64,000 nt of DNA from Scyliorhinus canicula (taxonomy: Eukaryota): assembly GCF_902713615.1 (NCBI RefSeq), contig NW_024056034.1, positions 1 through 64,000 on the forward strand. The letters are read 5' to 3'. The position numbers and the translations under genes were made by a program. This document shows, one piece after another, positions 1 to 13,392 of the stretch (positions are counted from its first letter, which is position 1; every line of letters begins with the position of its first letter). Below the pieces are notes generated by a model, which saw nothing but the letters and a program-made list of their open reading frames with translations, was not told the origin of the DNA and ran no database searches.

Positions 1-148
1 ATACACTCACTCCGCCCCCCTCCCCCACATACACTCACTCCGCCCCCCCACATACACTCACTCCGTCCCCCTCCCCCACATACACTCACTCCGCCCCCCT
101 CCCCCACATACACTCACTCCGCCCCCCTCCCCCACATACACTCACTCC
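1..148. repeat. C-rich 28-bp minisatellite (ATACACTCACTCCGCCCCCCTCCCCCAC), about 5 copies, cut by the window edge
   Basis: Unit restarts at 1, 29, ~52 (shortened), 79, 107 and 135; each unit carries a CCGCCC GC-box. Confidence 0.9.
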
Positions 149-559
149 CTCCATTCTCACTCTGCTGCATCGAAGATACACCCTCCCTATCCTCCCCCAT
201 CATGCTGATGGACAGATGTTCACAGCATTTCCTTTTCTCAATGGAGAGATCTTAAGATCCTCAGAAGCAGGAATCGGCCATTCGGCCCATCAATCCTGCA
301 CTTCGATTTAATAAGATCATGGCTGATCGGATTGTGACCCTAAACTTCATTTTCTTCCTGTCACCCATAATCTTTGACTGCCTTTCGGATCAGACTGAGC
401 CTTGAATATATTTAATGAAGCAGCTTCCACTGCTGTCTGGGAATTTCCTTCCTTGCCAGAGATCAGAGTCCTCATTGATCTGAGCTCCGCAGCTGCAACC
501 CAGGGAGCTGACAATGATGGTGAAGGGTTTGCGGATCCACAAAGTGTTTCCAAATCCTC

Positions 560-920
560 CCACCCACCGCCTGACGCTGACTCTGCTTCTCCGGCTCCTT
601 CCGCCAAAGGCCTCGACTCCGCGCATGCGCAATAATGTTCAGCCCTGGCAGCTGCACCACGCATGCTCCAGCTCCCTGGACATGATTGACGGCGGTTCGC
701 GACCAATAGAAAGTGGGGGCGGGACTGCAGGACCGAATCGGAGAGGCTGGTCCTCCAAGCAATCGGAGTGAATGAGAGGCGGGGCTGGAGAACCGTGTGG
801 GAGAGGCCGGCCCTCCAGCCAATCAGAGACAATGAGGGGCGGGGCTGAGCTGTCTCGGGCCGCGGTCGGTTCCGGGGGAGTTGGCGGTGCTCCGGGAGGA
901 CAGATCTGCCAGGTTGGTGG
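560..920 (+). promoter_or_regulatory. CpG-rich housekeeping-type promoter and likely first non-coding exon of ZNF gene A
   Basis: NRF1 palindrome GCGCATGCGC at 621-630, CCAAT boxes (~702, ~821), GC boxes (~716, ~779, ~837), local CpG enrichment, and a possible donor CCAG|GTTGGT near 913. Assignment to ZNF A is inference from orientation and proximity. Confidence 0.65.
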
Positions 921-1199
921 AGAGGCATCAAAACATCCTTTTCAAGCTGAAACTATGAGAAACAACTTCCCAGTCCCCATATTTGCGCTGAACAGAGCCA
1001 CAACTTCTCGTGGTGGGCCTTGTTTGACGTCACCTTTCTGGTGGGGTGGAGATGCCGCCTCTGGGCTGGGGCGAGCCCAGGGAGAAGTCTCACAAAACCA
1101 GGATAAAGCCCAACAGGTTTATTGGAAATCACAAGCTTTCGGAGCGGTGATCCTGCCTCAGGTGAAGTGGAGGCAGGTTCACAAACATAGTATATATAG

Positions 1200-1386
1200 T
1201 AAGAAGTCTTACAACACCAGGTTAAAGTCCAACAGGTTTGTTTCAAACACGAGCTTTCGGAGCACGGCTCCTTGAGCCGTGCTCCGAAAGCTCGTGTTTG
1301 AAACAAACCTGTTGGACTTTAACCTGGTGTTGTAAGACTTCTTACTGTGCTCACCCCAGTCCAACGCCGGCATCTCCACATCATGG
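1200..1386. mobile_element. Penelope-like-derived fold-back element with 13-bp target-site duplication
   Basis: Perfect inverted repeat 1198-1270 / 1274-1346 with a CTT loop; flanking direct repeat ATAGTATATATAG at 1187-1199 and 1387-1399; contains GGAGCCGTGCTCC-GAAAGC, a hammerhead stem II/GAAA-like core typical of Penelope pLTRs. Confidence 0.7.
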
Positions 1387-1428
1387 ATAGTATATATAGG
1401 CAGAGACACAATTGCCAGATAATCAAAC

Positions 1429-1582
1429 AGGGCTGGTTTAGCACACTGGGCTAAATCGCTGGCTTTTAAAGCAGACCAAGGCAGGCCAGCACCACGGGTT
1501 CAATTCCCGGCCTCCCTGAATAGGCTCCGGAATGTGGCGACAGTAACTTCATTGAAGCCTGCTTGTGATTTTAATTCATTCA
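1429..1582 (+). mobile_element. tRNA-derived SINE (GGGCTGGTTTAGC... family)
   Basis: A/B-box-like head; paralogous copies at ~10960, ~55275 and ~61830. Confidence 0.75.
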
Positions 1583-1837
1583 TTACAGACTGGAATGACA
1601 GTCTCTATAGGAACAAACAGAGTGAGAGGAGTGAGGGATAATCACAGGTAATCGAGGTGTGAATTGTCTCAAACCAGGACAGTGAGTAGGATTCTGTAAA
1701 CCCTGGCAGTATGGTCGGAGTTACATGTAATGTGATATGAACCCGAGATCCCGGTTCAGGCCGGCCTCATGTGAGCAGAGTCTGATGACCAGTTTCTGCT
1801 CGGCAATTTTGGGTTGTCTCTGTGTCTTTTTAAAAAT

Positions 1838-2052
1838 AAATTTAGAGTATCCAATTATTTTTTTTTCCCAATTAAGGGGCAATTTAGCTTGGCCAATCCA
1901 CCTAACCTGCACATCTTTGGGTTGTGGGCTGAAATCCATGTAGACATGGGGAGAATGTGCAAACTCCACAAGGACAGTGACCCAGGGCCATGATTTGAAC
2001 CTGGGTCCTCAGCGCTGCAGTCCCAGTGCTAACTGCTTGTCATGCTGCCCTT
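1838..2052 (-). mobile_element. tRNA-derived SINE (HE1-like shark SINE)
   Basis: Reverse complement of the GGGCAGCACGGT...GGTTAGCACTG...GGTTCRA head and conserved core, shared with more than 10 other copies in the window. Confidence 0.8.
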
Positions 2053-2489
2053 GTTGTCCTGTGTCTTGAAGGCCGCCTTGGAGAATGTTTAGCCGACGAC
2101 TGGAGCCTCAATCTTTCTGGTGGGCAAGATGCAGCAAGGTGCATGTCCGGCCGCCATCTGTGTAAGGGCAACATTTTGAATGACTGGGAGGAGGTTGTTC
2201 CCCATTGTTCAGAATGGAGACAACCTGTCCATCAAACTGGATTAGTCTTTGATCTAGGGAATTTGACCGTCCATTTCCCTGATTTGCAGGGACCCAGATG
2301 ATAAGTAGAGAAGTCAAGGAAAAGAAGTGAATTCTGCTCTCTGGATCTCTCTCTCCCTCCTGGGACATCGTGCCCCACGCCTCCAAAGATTTGTGGGTCT
2401 GTTATTTACTCTGGGCCTGAATCCATCTCCATCTGCTTTACCCCTGTTCTCCCGAATCACCTTCCACCATTGTTCTCTGTCTCCAGTAA

Positions 2490-3125
2490 TGAATGAGTTT
2501 TAACATATTTTAAATATATTTAGCATGGTTCCATTGATCAGAAACTGAACTGGACTAGCCACATTCATAATGTGGCTGCCAGGTCAAAGGCCAGGAATCC
2601 TGCGGTGAGTAATTCACCACCTGACTCCCCTCAAAGCCTGTCCATCAACTGTAAGGCACAAGTCAGGACTGTAATGGAATACTCTCCACTTGCCTGCATG
2701 AGTGCAGTTCTAACAACACTAAAGAAGCTCAACACCATCCAGGACAAAGCAGCCCGCTTGATTGCCCCCCTTCCACAAACATTAAAACCCTCCACCACCG
2801 ACTAACAGTGGCAGCCGTGTGTACCATCTGCAAGATGCACTGCAGTAACTCACCAAGGTTCCTTAGACAACACAATCCAAACCCACAACCACTACCATCT
2901 AGAAGGACAAGAGCAGCAGATATCTGGGGACCCCACCACCTGGAGGCTTCCCTACAAGTCACTCACCGCCCTGAGCTGGGAATATATCGCCGCTCCTCCT
3001 GTCGCTGGGGCAACATCCTGGAACTCCCTCCCTAACAGCACAGTGCATGTACCTACACGCCCAGGACTGCAGCGGTTCAAGAAGGCAACTCAGCACCACC
3101 TTCTGAAGGGCATCTAAGGATGGAG
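2490..3125 (+). mobile_element. LINE (CR1/L2-type) 3' fragment
   Basis: Translates to KAQVRTVMEYSPLACMSA...LKKLNTIQDKAARLI, a C-terminal RT-adjacent motif; homologous fragments at ~36.3-37.2, 47.9-48.7, 51.3-52.5 and 53.4-54.0 kb. Confidence 0.7.
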
Positions 3126-4302
3126 AATAAATGCTGGCCTAACCAGCATCCTGTACATTAATTTTTTTAAAATGTTATTGTTACTTCCATCGACCATGTC
3201 TAAATGAGGTTTCCATCACTGCTCATCCCCCGACCATCTCACTGCACCTTTCAGAGTCAGGAATTGCTTTTCCTGTGGCATAATGCATTTCTCTTCAACT
3301 TCTGAGCTTATATTGACCATTTTTATTCCCTGCAGTTCATTCTGCACAAAGTGAAAATGTGAAATCTGTTTCCCTCCCCACAGATCCTGCTGAGTGTTTC
3401 CAGCATTTCCTCTTTTTATTTCAGCTTTCCAGCAACTGCAGTATTTTGATTTTTTTATTGCAAGCGTCGCTCATGGAAACACAGACAGACCAATTAAGAG
3501 CCAGTTTGTAGCAGGGTGGGTCCGGAGGCAGAATCTGGTCCATCGCCTCCAGTGTAAGTCTTTTTTCATTGAATCATTGAGTGATTACAATACAGACAGG
3601 GGTCAGGGCCATTCAGCCTGTCTTGCCTGTGCTAGCTCTCTGAAAGAGCAAATTAGCTTCTTCCACTTCCCTGCCCTTTCACTAACAAGAGAAAGACGAG
3701 CAGGGGGGAGATAAGAGAGAGAGAGAGTGAGTCAAGGGCAGAGAGGAGATTACACAGCGAGAGAGAGACGAGCACTGAGGTGGAAATAAACGGTCTTGGT
3801 TATGATGTGGTTGGAAACCCATATTTAGGTGACACTGAGGTTGTGAACCGTCTGATTCAGACAGTTCCCAGGGAGAGGGATGGAGCCACTGGTGAGGGAG
3901 TGGAGTTTATAGCTGGGACTGAAGACAAGGCTTTAGTCTTGTCAATAATTAAATTGAGAGGAAATTTCTGCTTATCCAGTACTGGATATCTGATTAGTCA
4001 GGACGGTATGTTACCTGGAGGGGAAACACAAGATGACGATGTTCAATATGGAAGATTATTATTATTAATATATACCTGCTATCCCAGTCCTTTTGGGTGG
4101 TTCATGTTGATGGTTGGCAGACTTTTGTCGAGTTGTAGCTGTATAAACTTCATCCCCTTCAACCCTGCTGCTCCACGTCGCTCTCTCTCTTTGTGTTTAT
4201 GTGGGTTCTCTTTCACTCCCTTTTTTCTGTGTTAAATCAGTTTCACAGGACATTGGCAAAGTCGCCAATTTATCATCACCTGAATATCATCAGATTTTGA
4301 AC

Positions 4303-4977
4303 ATGGAAGAGAAAAGCACCGTTCACAGTGAGGAGAAACCGTTCACGTGTTCTGTGTGTGGACGAGGATTCAGACAATCATCTGACCTGTTAAAACATCA
4401 GCGCAGTCACACTGGGGAGAGACCGTTCACCTGCTCTCAGTGTGGGAAAGGATTCATTCAGTCATCCAACCTGCTGAGACACCAGCGGATTCACACTGAT
4501 GAGAGGCCGTTCCAATGCCCAGACTGCGGGAAGTGCTATAAAAGTTCTGGGGATCTCAAGTCCCATCAACGTGTTCACACTGACGAGAAACCGTTCAGAT
4601 GCTCTCACTGCGGGACTGGGTTCAGGCGATCATTTAACCTCACTCAACACCAGCGAGTTCACACCGGGGAGAGACCATTCACCTGCTCTAACTGTATGAA
4701 AGGATTTATTACCCCATCCCAACTGCGGACACACCAACGCATTCACACTGGGGAGAAGCCATTCACTTGCTCCAAGTGTGGGAAGGGGTTCACTTGTGCA
4801 TCAGCTATGCTGGTTCACCAGCGAATTCACACCAGAGAGAAGCCATTCACCTGCCCTCATTGTGGGAAAGGATTCACTCAGTCATCCAACCTGCTGAGAC
4901 ACCAGCGGATTCACACTGATGAGAGACCGTTAAATGCCTGGACTGTGAGAAGTGCTGTCGAAGCTCCTGGGAACTGA
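4303..4977 (+). CDS. KRAB-less C2H2 zinc-finger protein A (7 intact fingers, ends by frameshift in finger 8)
   Basis: CxxC-x12-HxxxH repeats with TGE(R/K)P or TDE(R/K)P linkers; likely start ATG at 4303 (MEEKST); a 1-nt loss at CCGTTAAATGC (~4930) shifts the frame. Confidence 0.85.
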   Translation: MEEKSTVHSEEKPFTCSVCGRGFRQSSDLLKHQRSHTGERPFTCSQCGKGFIQSSNLLRHQRIHTDERPFQCPDCGKCYKSSGDLKSHQRVHTDEKPFRCSHCGTGFRRSFNLTQHQRVHTGERPFTCSNCMKGFITPSQLRTHQRIHTGEKPFTCSKCGKGFTCASAMLVHQRIHTREKPFTCPHCGKGFTQSSNLLRHQRIHTDERPLNAWTVRSAVEAPGN

Positions 4978-6375
<1,398 letters not shown>

Positions 6376-7020
6376 CTGCTCTGTGTGTGTGTGTGTGTGT
6401 GTAGGGATTATCACAGTCACACAGTCTGCTGTTGGACAGTCATTCACTTGCTCTGTGTGTGTGTGTAGGGATTCACTGTCACACAGTCTGCTGTTGGACA
6501 GTCATTCACTTGCTCTGTGTGTGTGTGTGTAGGGATTCACTGTCACAAAGTCTGCTGTTTGACAGTCATTCACTTGCTGTGTGTGTCGGGATTCACTCAG
6601 TCACACAGTCTGCTGTTCGACAGTCATTCACTTGTCCTGTGTGTGTGTGTAGGGATTCACTCAGTCACACAGTCTGCTGTTCGACAGTCATTCACTTGTC
6701 CTGTGTGTGTGTGTAGGGATTCACTCAGTCACACAGTCCGCTGTTCGACAGTCATTTACTTGCCCTGTCTGTGTGTGTGTAGGGATTCACTCAGTCAGCT
6801 GTTCGACAGTCATTTACTTGCCCTGTCTGTGTGTGTGTAGGGATTCACTCAGTCACACAGTCCGCTGTTCGACAGTCATTCACTTGCCCTGTGTGTGTGT
6901 CTAGGGATTCACTCAGTCACGCAGTCTGCTGTTCGACAGTCATTCACTTGCCCTGTGTGTGTGTGTAGGGATTCACTCAGTCACACAGTCTGCTGTTGGA
7001 CAGTCATTCACTTTCTCCAT
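6376..7020. repeat. ~64-bp minisatellite (~10 copies) derived from zinc-finger coding sequence, with an embedded (TG)n
   Basis: Unit CATTCACTTGCTCTGTGTGTGT(GT)nAGGGATTCACTCAGTCACACAGTCTGCTGTT(C/G)GACAGT; AGGGATT-type restarts near 6402, 6467, 6531, 6588, 6651, 6715, 6781, 6839, 6903 and 6968. Confidence 0.85.
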
Positions 7021-9645
7021 GTGTGGAAATGTTTCAACTGACCTGATGAAAGTTCACACTAGGCTGAGACTGTTCACTGCTCTGAGTGGGAAGGGATTCA
7101 CTCAGTCGTTTAAACCTTTGACTCCTCAGTGAGTTCACACTGCACAGAGGGTGTGTGTGCGCTGCCTGGAAACACAGTTTCTGATAATGGAATTCATATT
7201 GATCAGAGATCCTGGATTTCATTTCAAATTGTTACAGTGTTGCTCCCGAAAAACTAAATATACCATGTGTTTTTACCAAATTATCCATATCACTTAATAC
7301 GAGCTCGGAAACTAAGAAACAATGAGACATTGGTTTAATGTTTTTATTTCTATCACATAACCCATTCCAGACAGAGACCGTGAGATTACTGGATACTGAC
7401 GGGAGGTCTCATCAGAAAGATCAGTGAGCACGTTATTCTAATCTGATCAATCTGCTCAAAGGTAGAACACCGAGATTTTATATTGGTCCTTTCTGACTTT
7501 AGTAACGTGTTCTTAACTTGTCAGCATACTCTGGTTATTTATTTATCAAAGTGGAACACATGAACCCATTATTTCATCTGGTAAATGATGTCATGCTCTT
7601 TAGTCAGTCTGTGTGATATGGTCACCGCGTTTCTCATGGTTTATAACTGAATATCTCATCTCTTCCTTAAAAACTTAAGAATGTCTTTGTATTTAGTCCA
7701 TCTCCTGACCCTCTGGCTCAGTGTCGAGAATATACATTGTCTGTCCTTTCGGATTATTTATCTCTTCATGTCCAATCTTATCCTCAGTCTGACCTCTGAG
7801 AACCTGTTTGTATTGTAGGTCCTTTGTTTTAATGTGTGTAAGTGACATTACTGTTGAATAATGTTTATTAAAGTTATTCAGATCTTCGCTGCGTTGCCTC
7901 CCTCTGTCTACATTCCTCATCATGACAATCAATAAGGTTCTTCCTTTTGTATCCTTAGAGTTTTCTCTTGCTCGGTGCAAACATTTCCATTATATTCTTT
8001 CTCCTTGCAACCTGTTTACTTGAATTTCTGTAACATTGTGGCCTTTACACACACTTCCCCGAGGGGCACTCCGGGATTTTCTATATGTAAACTGTGGTCG
8101 CGAAAACCCCCCACCCCTGATTAGTTGGAGATCCATTTCCCAGTCAGGCCTCCAGCATCTTCCCCTCTCTATTCGTGCACAGGTTCCTTTACTCTCAGCT
8201 AAATTCACCCCTCAGCTCCATCACCTGGCTGTCAGTGACACGAACAATAGAGACAGACAGGTGCACGAGGGAAGTCAGAATTTGTGGATTAGGACCTCCA
8301 TAAAGGTTAGCAAATTATTTTTTAAAAATTGAATTCCCAGTCAACAAATTAAATAATCACATGGCGGGACTTCACGTGTTATGACTTTTAATGCAGCAAA
8401 CAAACTAAAAGGTACTTTAACCTACACATAGAAGTTTGCTCTTTTTTAATAATAATATTTATTATCTGAAGGATTTTAGGATTACGAAGTTTATTCAATT
8501 CAGGGTTACCGGTTGTTCTTGTACATTGCTGAAACTCAGTAGAAATTCAAGTTAAAACCTTGTCAGGTGCAAATAAGAATTGTTTTATTTGGAGTTCATT
8601 AGTTACAACTTGAAAATCATTTAAAAGTTAGTTTTTGACAATTTGATTTTCTTCAAAGAATCATAGGAATTATCTTCTGAGACAATAGCCTGAACACAAC
8701 TTTAAAAGTCAAAGGCTGAAGTTAAAGTATGAAAATGAAATAGGAATACAGAACTCTTTTCTAATTCTCTTCCTTCTCTCTCTGTCTCTCTTTTTCTGTC
8801 TTTCTGTCTCTCCCTTTTCCTTTCTCTCTCTTTCTTTCTCTCCTTTTCTTTCTCTCTTGCTGTCTCTCTTTTTCTTTCTGTCTAAATGGTGGCCAAATCG
8901 TCCATGGATATACTATTTCATATCTGTCTTAAGCGATCCGATCACACCCCAATATAATCCTAATTGGTTTGAGTTAGACTGAAAAACATTTGATTTGATA
9001 GCAAGCTGTCCATCTTCATGATGTAACATTACTTACAATTGTTGCCTGCTTGCATGTTAAAGAATGCAATATTGTGCTTTATCAAAACCAGCAAAAACTG
9101 GTCTAATGCTGACCTACCTATTGCCACAATGGAGACCTCATGCTGACCTCACTGCTACAACAATGGAGACCTTATGTTATCTCGTCATGCCACGCTGGGC
9201 ATAATTCCGCAAATATAATTCAAACTGTCTTTTATAAGATTGTTTCAATGAGAATGTTGGAATCAAATATATATATATATATATTATATTTGATTCGATG
9301 TTTTAACTGTCCATTTATTAAAAACAAGGCAACACAGTCTAAAATGTTTCAGCTTGTATAATCATGGAATGTAATTCACCCTAATCTCAAACGGCGTGAG
9401 AATCGTGCAATCGTTCATTCTTATTCCTCGTTGCCATGGATTCAACCCTTGTCCTTGGAAAAATGTAATGACCTTATCAGACTTCTGTGTTAGTTGCAAA
9501 CTCATGACTGAGTTTGGAAATTATATGTTTCTTCCATTTTAAAACTGGGAATTAATATTTATGCTTTAAGCAGCTTTTTACCTATATTAAGTGTATTTAA
9601 AATACATGGCTTCTGCAGTCGGCCTTTTAAATACCTGGCTTCTAC

Positions 9646-9936
9646 ATTATTGTCACAAGTAGGCTGACATTAACACTGCAATGAAAATATTGTGAAAAGC
9701 CCCTAGTTGCCACAGTCCGGCACCTGTTTGAGTACACAGAGGGAGAATTCCGGATGCCAAATTCACCTAACAAGCACACCTTTCGGGACTTGTGGGAGGA
9801 AACCGGAGCATCCGGAGGAAACCCACGCAGACACGGGGAGAACATGCAGACACTGTACAACAGTGGCTCAAGTGGGAATTGAACCTGACGCCCTGGCGCT
9901 GTGAAGCACCAGTGCTAACCACTGTGCTATCATACC
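9646..9936 (-). mobile_element. tRNA-derived SINE
   Basis: Same subfamily as 5214-5493 (shared TTATTGTCACAAGT...CACTGCAATGAA tail). Confidence 0.8.
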
Positions 9937-10119
9937 ACAGTTACGCAATCTAAATTCGAACTGAACGATTATAGTTACTCTGCCCTGCAAGTCGAAACTG
10001 AATGATCTCAGAACCAGTCCAAAGTAATGAGTCATTCCCCAGGATTTACTTCTGTTCTTTTCACAATCAGGCAGCCTTTAATCCCCGAACTGTCTTTCAC
10101 AGTGAAAGATTAGCCAGCT

Positions 10120-11830
10120 GCCAGAAAACCGAGAGTAGGCACAAATAGGCCATTTTCTGGTTGGCAAGATGTAATGAGTGATGTGTCACAGGGATCAGTG
10201 CTGAAGCCTCAACGTTTTACAATTTATATCAATGACTTTGATGACAGTACCAAAGGTATGCTCACTTAGTTTGTTGATGATGCAGGCAAAAAGGAAAAGG
10301 AGGTGGTGTTGCGCAGATAAATAATAAAGGACGACATCAGAACATTAGTGAGGGTGGATCTCAGATCAGGAATACAAAACGTGGAATATGTTTGGGTGGA
10401 GACAAGAAACAGCATGGGGCAGGAAACATTGGTAAGAGCTGTTATAGGCCACCAAACAGTAGGGGTTGTGTGGGACATGGTATTAATCGGAGATTAGAGA
10501 AGTATGTAGCATGGGTAAAACAGTAATGGGTGACTTCAATCTGCATATAGACTGGGTTAACCTAATGGGCACAGATGCTGTGGAGGACACGTTTCTGGGT
10601 GTGTTAGGGACAGTTTTCTACAGCAGTATGTTGAGGAACCGACTAGAGAACAGGCTCTTGCAGATCTAATATTATGCAATGATCAAGGGCTAATTGATAA
10701 TCGCGCTGTAAAACAACCTTTAGGGATGAGTGACCAGAATATTGAATCTGAGGTATTCCAATCCGAAGCTAGGGTATTAAGTTTGAAGGAAATTATGAAC
10801 GTAGAAGGGATAAATTAGCTGAGGTGGATTGGGGTAAGTAAATTAAAATGTGTGACAGTCCACAGGCAATGGATAGACTTTCAATAATTATTACACAGTT
10901 TACATTCCTTCAAGGCACAAGAACCCCAAAAGGTCAGAGAACCGTGACTACCAGAGGGAAATGAAATGAAAATCGCTTATTGTCACGAGTAGGCTGCAAT
11001 GAAGTTACTGTGAAAAGCCCCTAGTCGCCACATTCCGGCGCCTGTCCGGGGAGGCTGGTACGGGAATCGAACCGTGCTGCTGGCCTGCTTTAAAAGCCAG
11101 CGAATTAGCTCAGTGAGCTAAACCAGCCCCTAGGAGTGAAGTTTTGTAAAAGATTGAAAGAAAAGGCCGATAATATTATCAGAAATAGGAATAAACCTGA
11201 GGATTGGGACGATTTTATAATAGAGCAAAGGACCAAGACACCGAGAAAGCGAGGGAGAATAGAATATGAATGTGAACCAGCAAACTACATAAAAATGGAC
11301 GGTGGTAAAGGTTTCTATAGGTACGTAAAAAGGAAACGTTTGTCCGTTACAGATAGAGTCAGGAGAATTTAGAATGAGGAATAGAGATCTCTACAGCCAC
11401 CTTGTTCAACACTCTGGGATGTTATTCATCAGCTTTTGGGTATTTATTCACTTCCAACCCCATTAATTTCTCCAGTACTACTTTTTCACTAATTCTCATC
11501 TCTTACTGTTCCTTGTGCTCATGAGCCCCTTGGGTCTCTCGGGTTTGGGGGAAATTTTTGCATCTTCCTCCGTAAAGACAGACACACATTGTTCAGTTTC
11601 TCTGCCATTTCCTTACTCCCCATTATAAACTCTCCTCTCTCTGCCTGGAATGGACCCACATTGGTCTTTGCTAATCTTTTCCTTTTCACATTCCTGTCGA
11701 AGCTTTTCCAGTCGGTTTTTATGTTTTTCACCAGTTTGCTCTCAAGTTTCTTGGTCCTCCTTTGCTGAATTCTAATGGATCTCATGGAATCTTTAACTTT
11801 TCTTGTTAGCCACGGTTGCATCACTTTTCC
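10120..11830. mobile_element. Fragmented CR1-type LINE pieces in both orientations
   Basis: CR1-like peptides such as LVKNIKTDWKSFDRNVKRKRLAKTNVGP (minus) and YIKMDGGKGFYRYVKRKR (plus), with endonuclease- and RT-like remnants. Confidence 0.65.
10960..11130 (-). mobile_element. tRNA-derived SINE
   Basis: Reverse complement of the 1429/61830 family with a (CATTT)n tail. Confidence 0.8.
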
Positions 11831-11904
11831 TGTTGGATTTTTATTCTTTAAAGGAATCTATATTTGTTGTATATATGTGAAATAAAAGTCACAAAATTCC
11901 CAGA

Positions 11905-12108
11905 GGACCATAGGCTGCTCTCGCCATTGACAGAGAGAGAGCTGACTGGAGGTGATTTAACCCGATGGTCAGCACATCACAGGCGAGGGGCCTGGTTGAG
12001 AAGTTTATTCATGAATCAACTCAGCCAATATGGGAGTTGAATCCTCACTGTTGGCTTTGCTCTGCATCACGAACCAGCCGTCCGGCCAACTGAGCTAACC
12101 GACCCCCT
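11905..12108 (-). mobile_element. tRNA-derived SINE (GGGGTCGGTTAGCTCAGTTGG head)
   Basis: A-box TAGCTCAGTTGG on the minus strand; body homologous to 28170-28353. Confidence 0.65.
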
Positions 12109-12573
12109 GATAAATATGTAATAATTCCTTAAATATTAGGTATTCCCCGTACCAATCAGTTTCCCAGTCCACCTCAGACAACTTGCCCCTCATACCCTGA
12201 TAGTTTTCTTCTGTGAGGAACATCCAGGTAAATTATACAAAAGAACCATGTAACCACCAGGGCCCATCTCCATGGCAACATGGCATGCTTTGGGGGGTTC
12301 CAAACAGAAATGGAAACAAACTATCTTCAAACTTCCAAACACCCTTTCACTCTGTGATCCTTGTGCAATTTGAAGCCAGGTATTAGCAACAAGGCTCAAA
12401 GAGCATCAGCCCACTGGAGGCAAAGTGGTGAGACCAGCCAGTACAGCAGAAAGAGACCTTCCAACCATCCCCACTGACCACCTGTCAGAATGAACAAAAT
12501 GCAGTCCTAGCTGTAGAGCAGAAACAATAACAGCAGAATCCAACCCCTGTAATCGATTGTGAAATTGTTGGTG

Positions 12574-13392
12574 TCACAGGAGGTACGATGAAACATGTAA
12601 TCCTGTCTCACATGGAGAGGTGGATGGCGTCTCCCCAGTATGAACTCGCTGGTGTCTCCGCAGGGTGAATAAACGAGTAAATCCTTTCCCACACAGAGAG
12701 CAGATCAATGGCCTCTCCCCAGTGTGAACTCGCTGGTGTGACTGCAGGTGAGATAACCGAGTGAATCCCTTCCCACACCGAGAGCAGGTGAATGGCCTCT
12801 CCCCAGTCTGAACTCGCTGGTGTGTCCGCAGGTAAGATAATTGAGTAAATCCTTGCCCACACTGAGAGCAGGTGAATGGCCTCTCCCCAGTGTGAACTCG
12901 CTGGTGTCTCCGCAGGTTGGATACTTCAGCAAATCCTTTCCCACATTGAGAGCAGGTGAACGGCCTCTCCCCAGTGTGAACTCGCTGGTGTGACTGCAGG
13001 TTGAATACTCGAGTAAATCCTTTCCCACACTGGGGACAGGTGAATGGCCTCTCCCCAGTGTGAACTCGCAGGTGTCTCTGCAGGTGATATAATTGAGTAA
13101 ATCCCTTCCCACACTGGGAGCAGGTGAATGGCTTCTCCCCAGTGTGAATTCGCTGATGTGTCTGCAGGGTGGATAACCGAATAAATCCCTTCCCACACTT
13201 TGAGCAGGTGAATGGCCTCTCCCCAGTGTGAACTCGCTGGTGTGTCTGCAGACTGGAGAACTGAGTAAATCCCTTCCCACACTGGGAGCAGGAGAACGGC
13301 CTCTCCCCGGTGTGACTGCGTTGATGAATTTCCAGCTGAGATGGGACTCTGAATCCCTTCCCACAATCCCCACATTTCCACGGTTTCTCCAT
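12574..13392 (-). CDS. KRAB-less C2H2 zinc-finger protein B (9 fingers; finger 7 has its last His replaced by Gln)
   Basis: Uninterrupted [17 protein letters not shown]... with nine CxxC/HxxxH units and TGE(R/K)P linkers; last-exon acceptor TTCTTCCAG at 13744-13745; 5' UTR made of decayed fingers. Confidence 0.9.
   Translation of the reverse strand: MEKPWKCGDCGKGFRVPSQLEIHQRSHTGERPFSCSQCGKGFTQFSSLQTHQRVHTGERPFTCSKCGKGFIRLSTLQTHQRIHTGEKPFTCSQCGKGFTQLYHLQRHLRVHTGERPFTCPQCGKGFTRVFNLQSHQRVHTGERPFTCSQCGKGFAEVSNLRRHQRVHTGERPFTCSQCGQGFTQLSYLRTHQRVQTGERPFTCSRCGKGFTRLSHLQSHQRVHTGERPLICSLCGKGFTRLFTLRRHQRVHTGETPSTSPCETGLHVSSYLL

Noticed and set aside
7230-9640. Unclassified stretch with a pyrimidine tract (8760-8880) and a short direct repeat (~9105-9170)
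   Set aside because: No ORF, LTR, TIR or TSD could be supported by eye; needs a repeat-library search.
11905-12108. tRNA-like A/B boxes suggesting tRNA genes (also the other SINE heads)
   Set aside because: No cloverleaf continuation; each is followed by a SINE core and tail.
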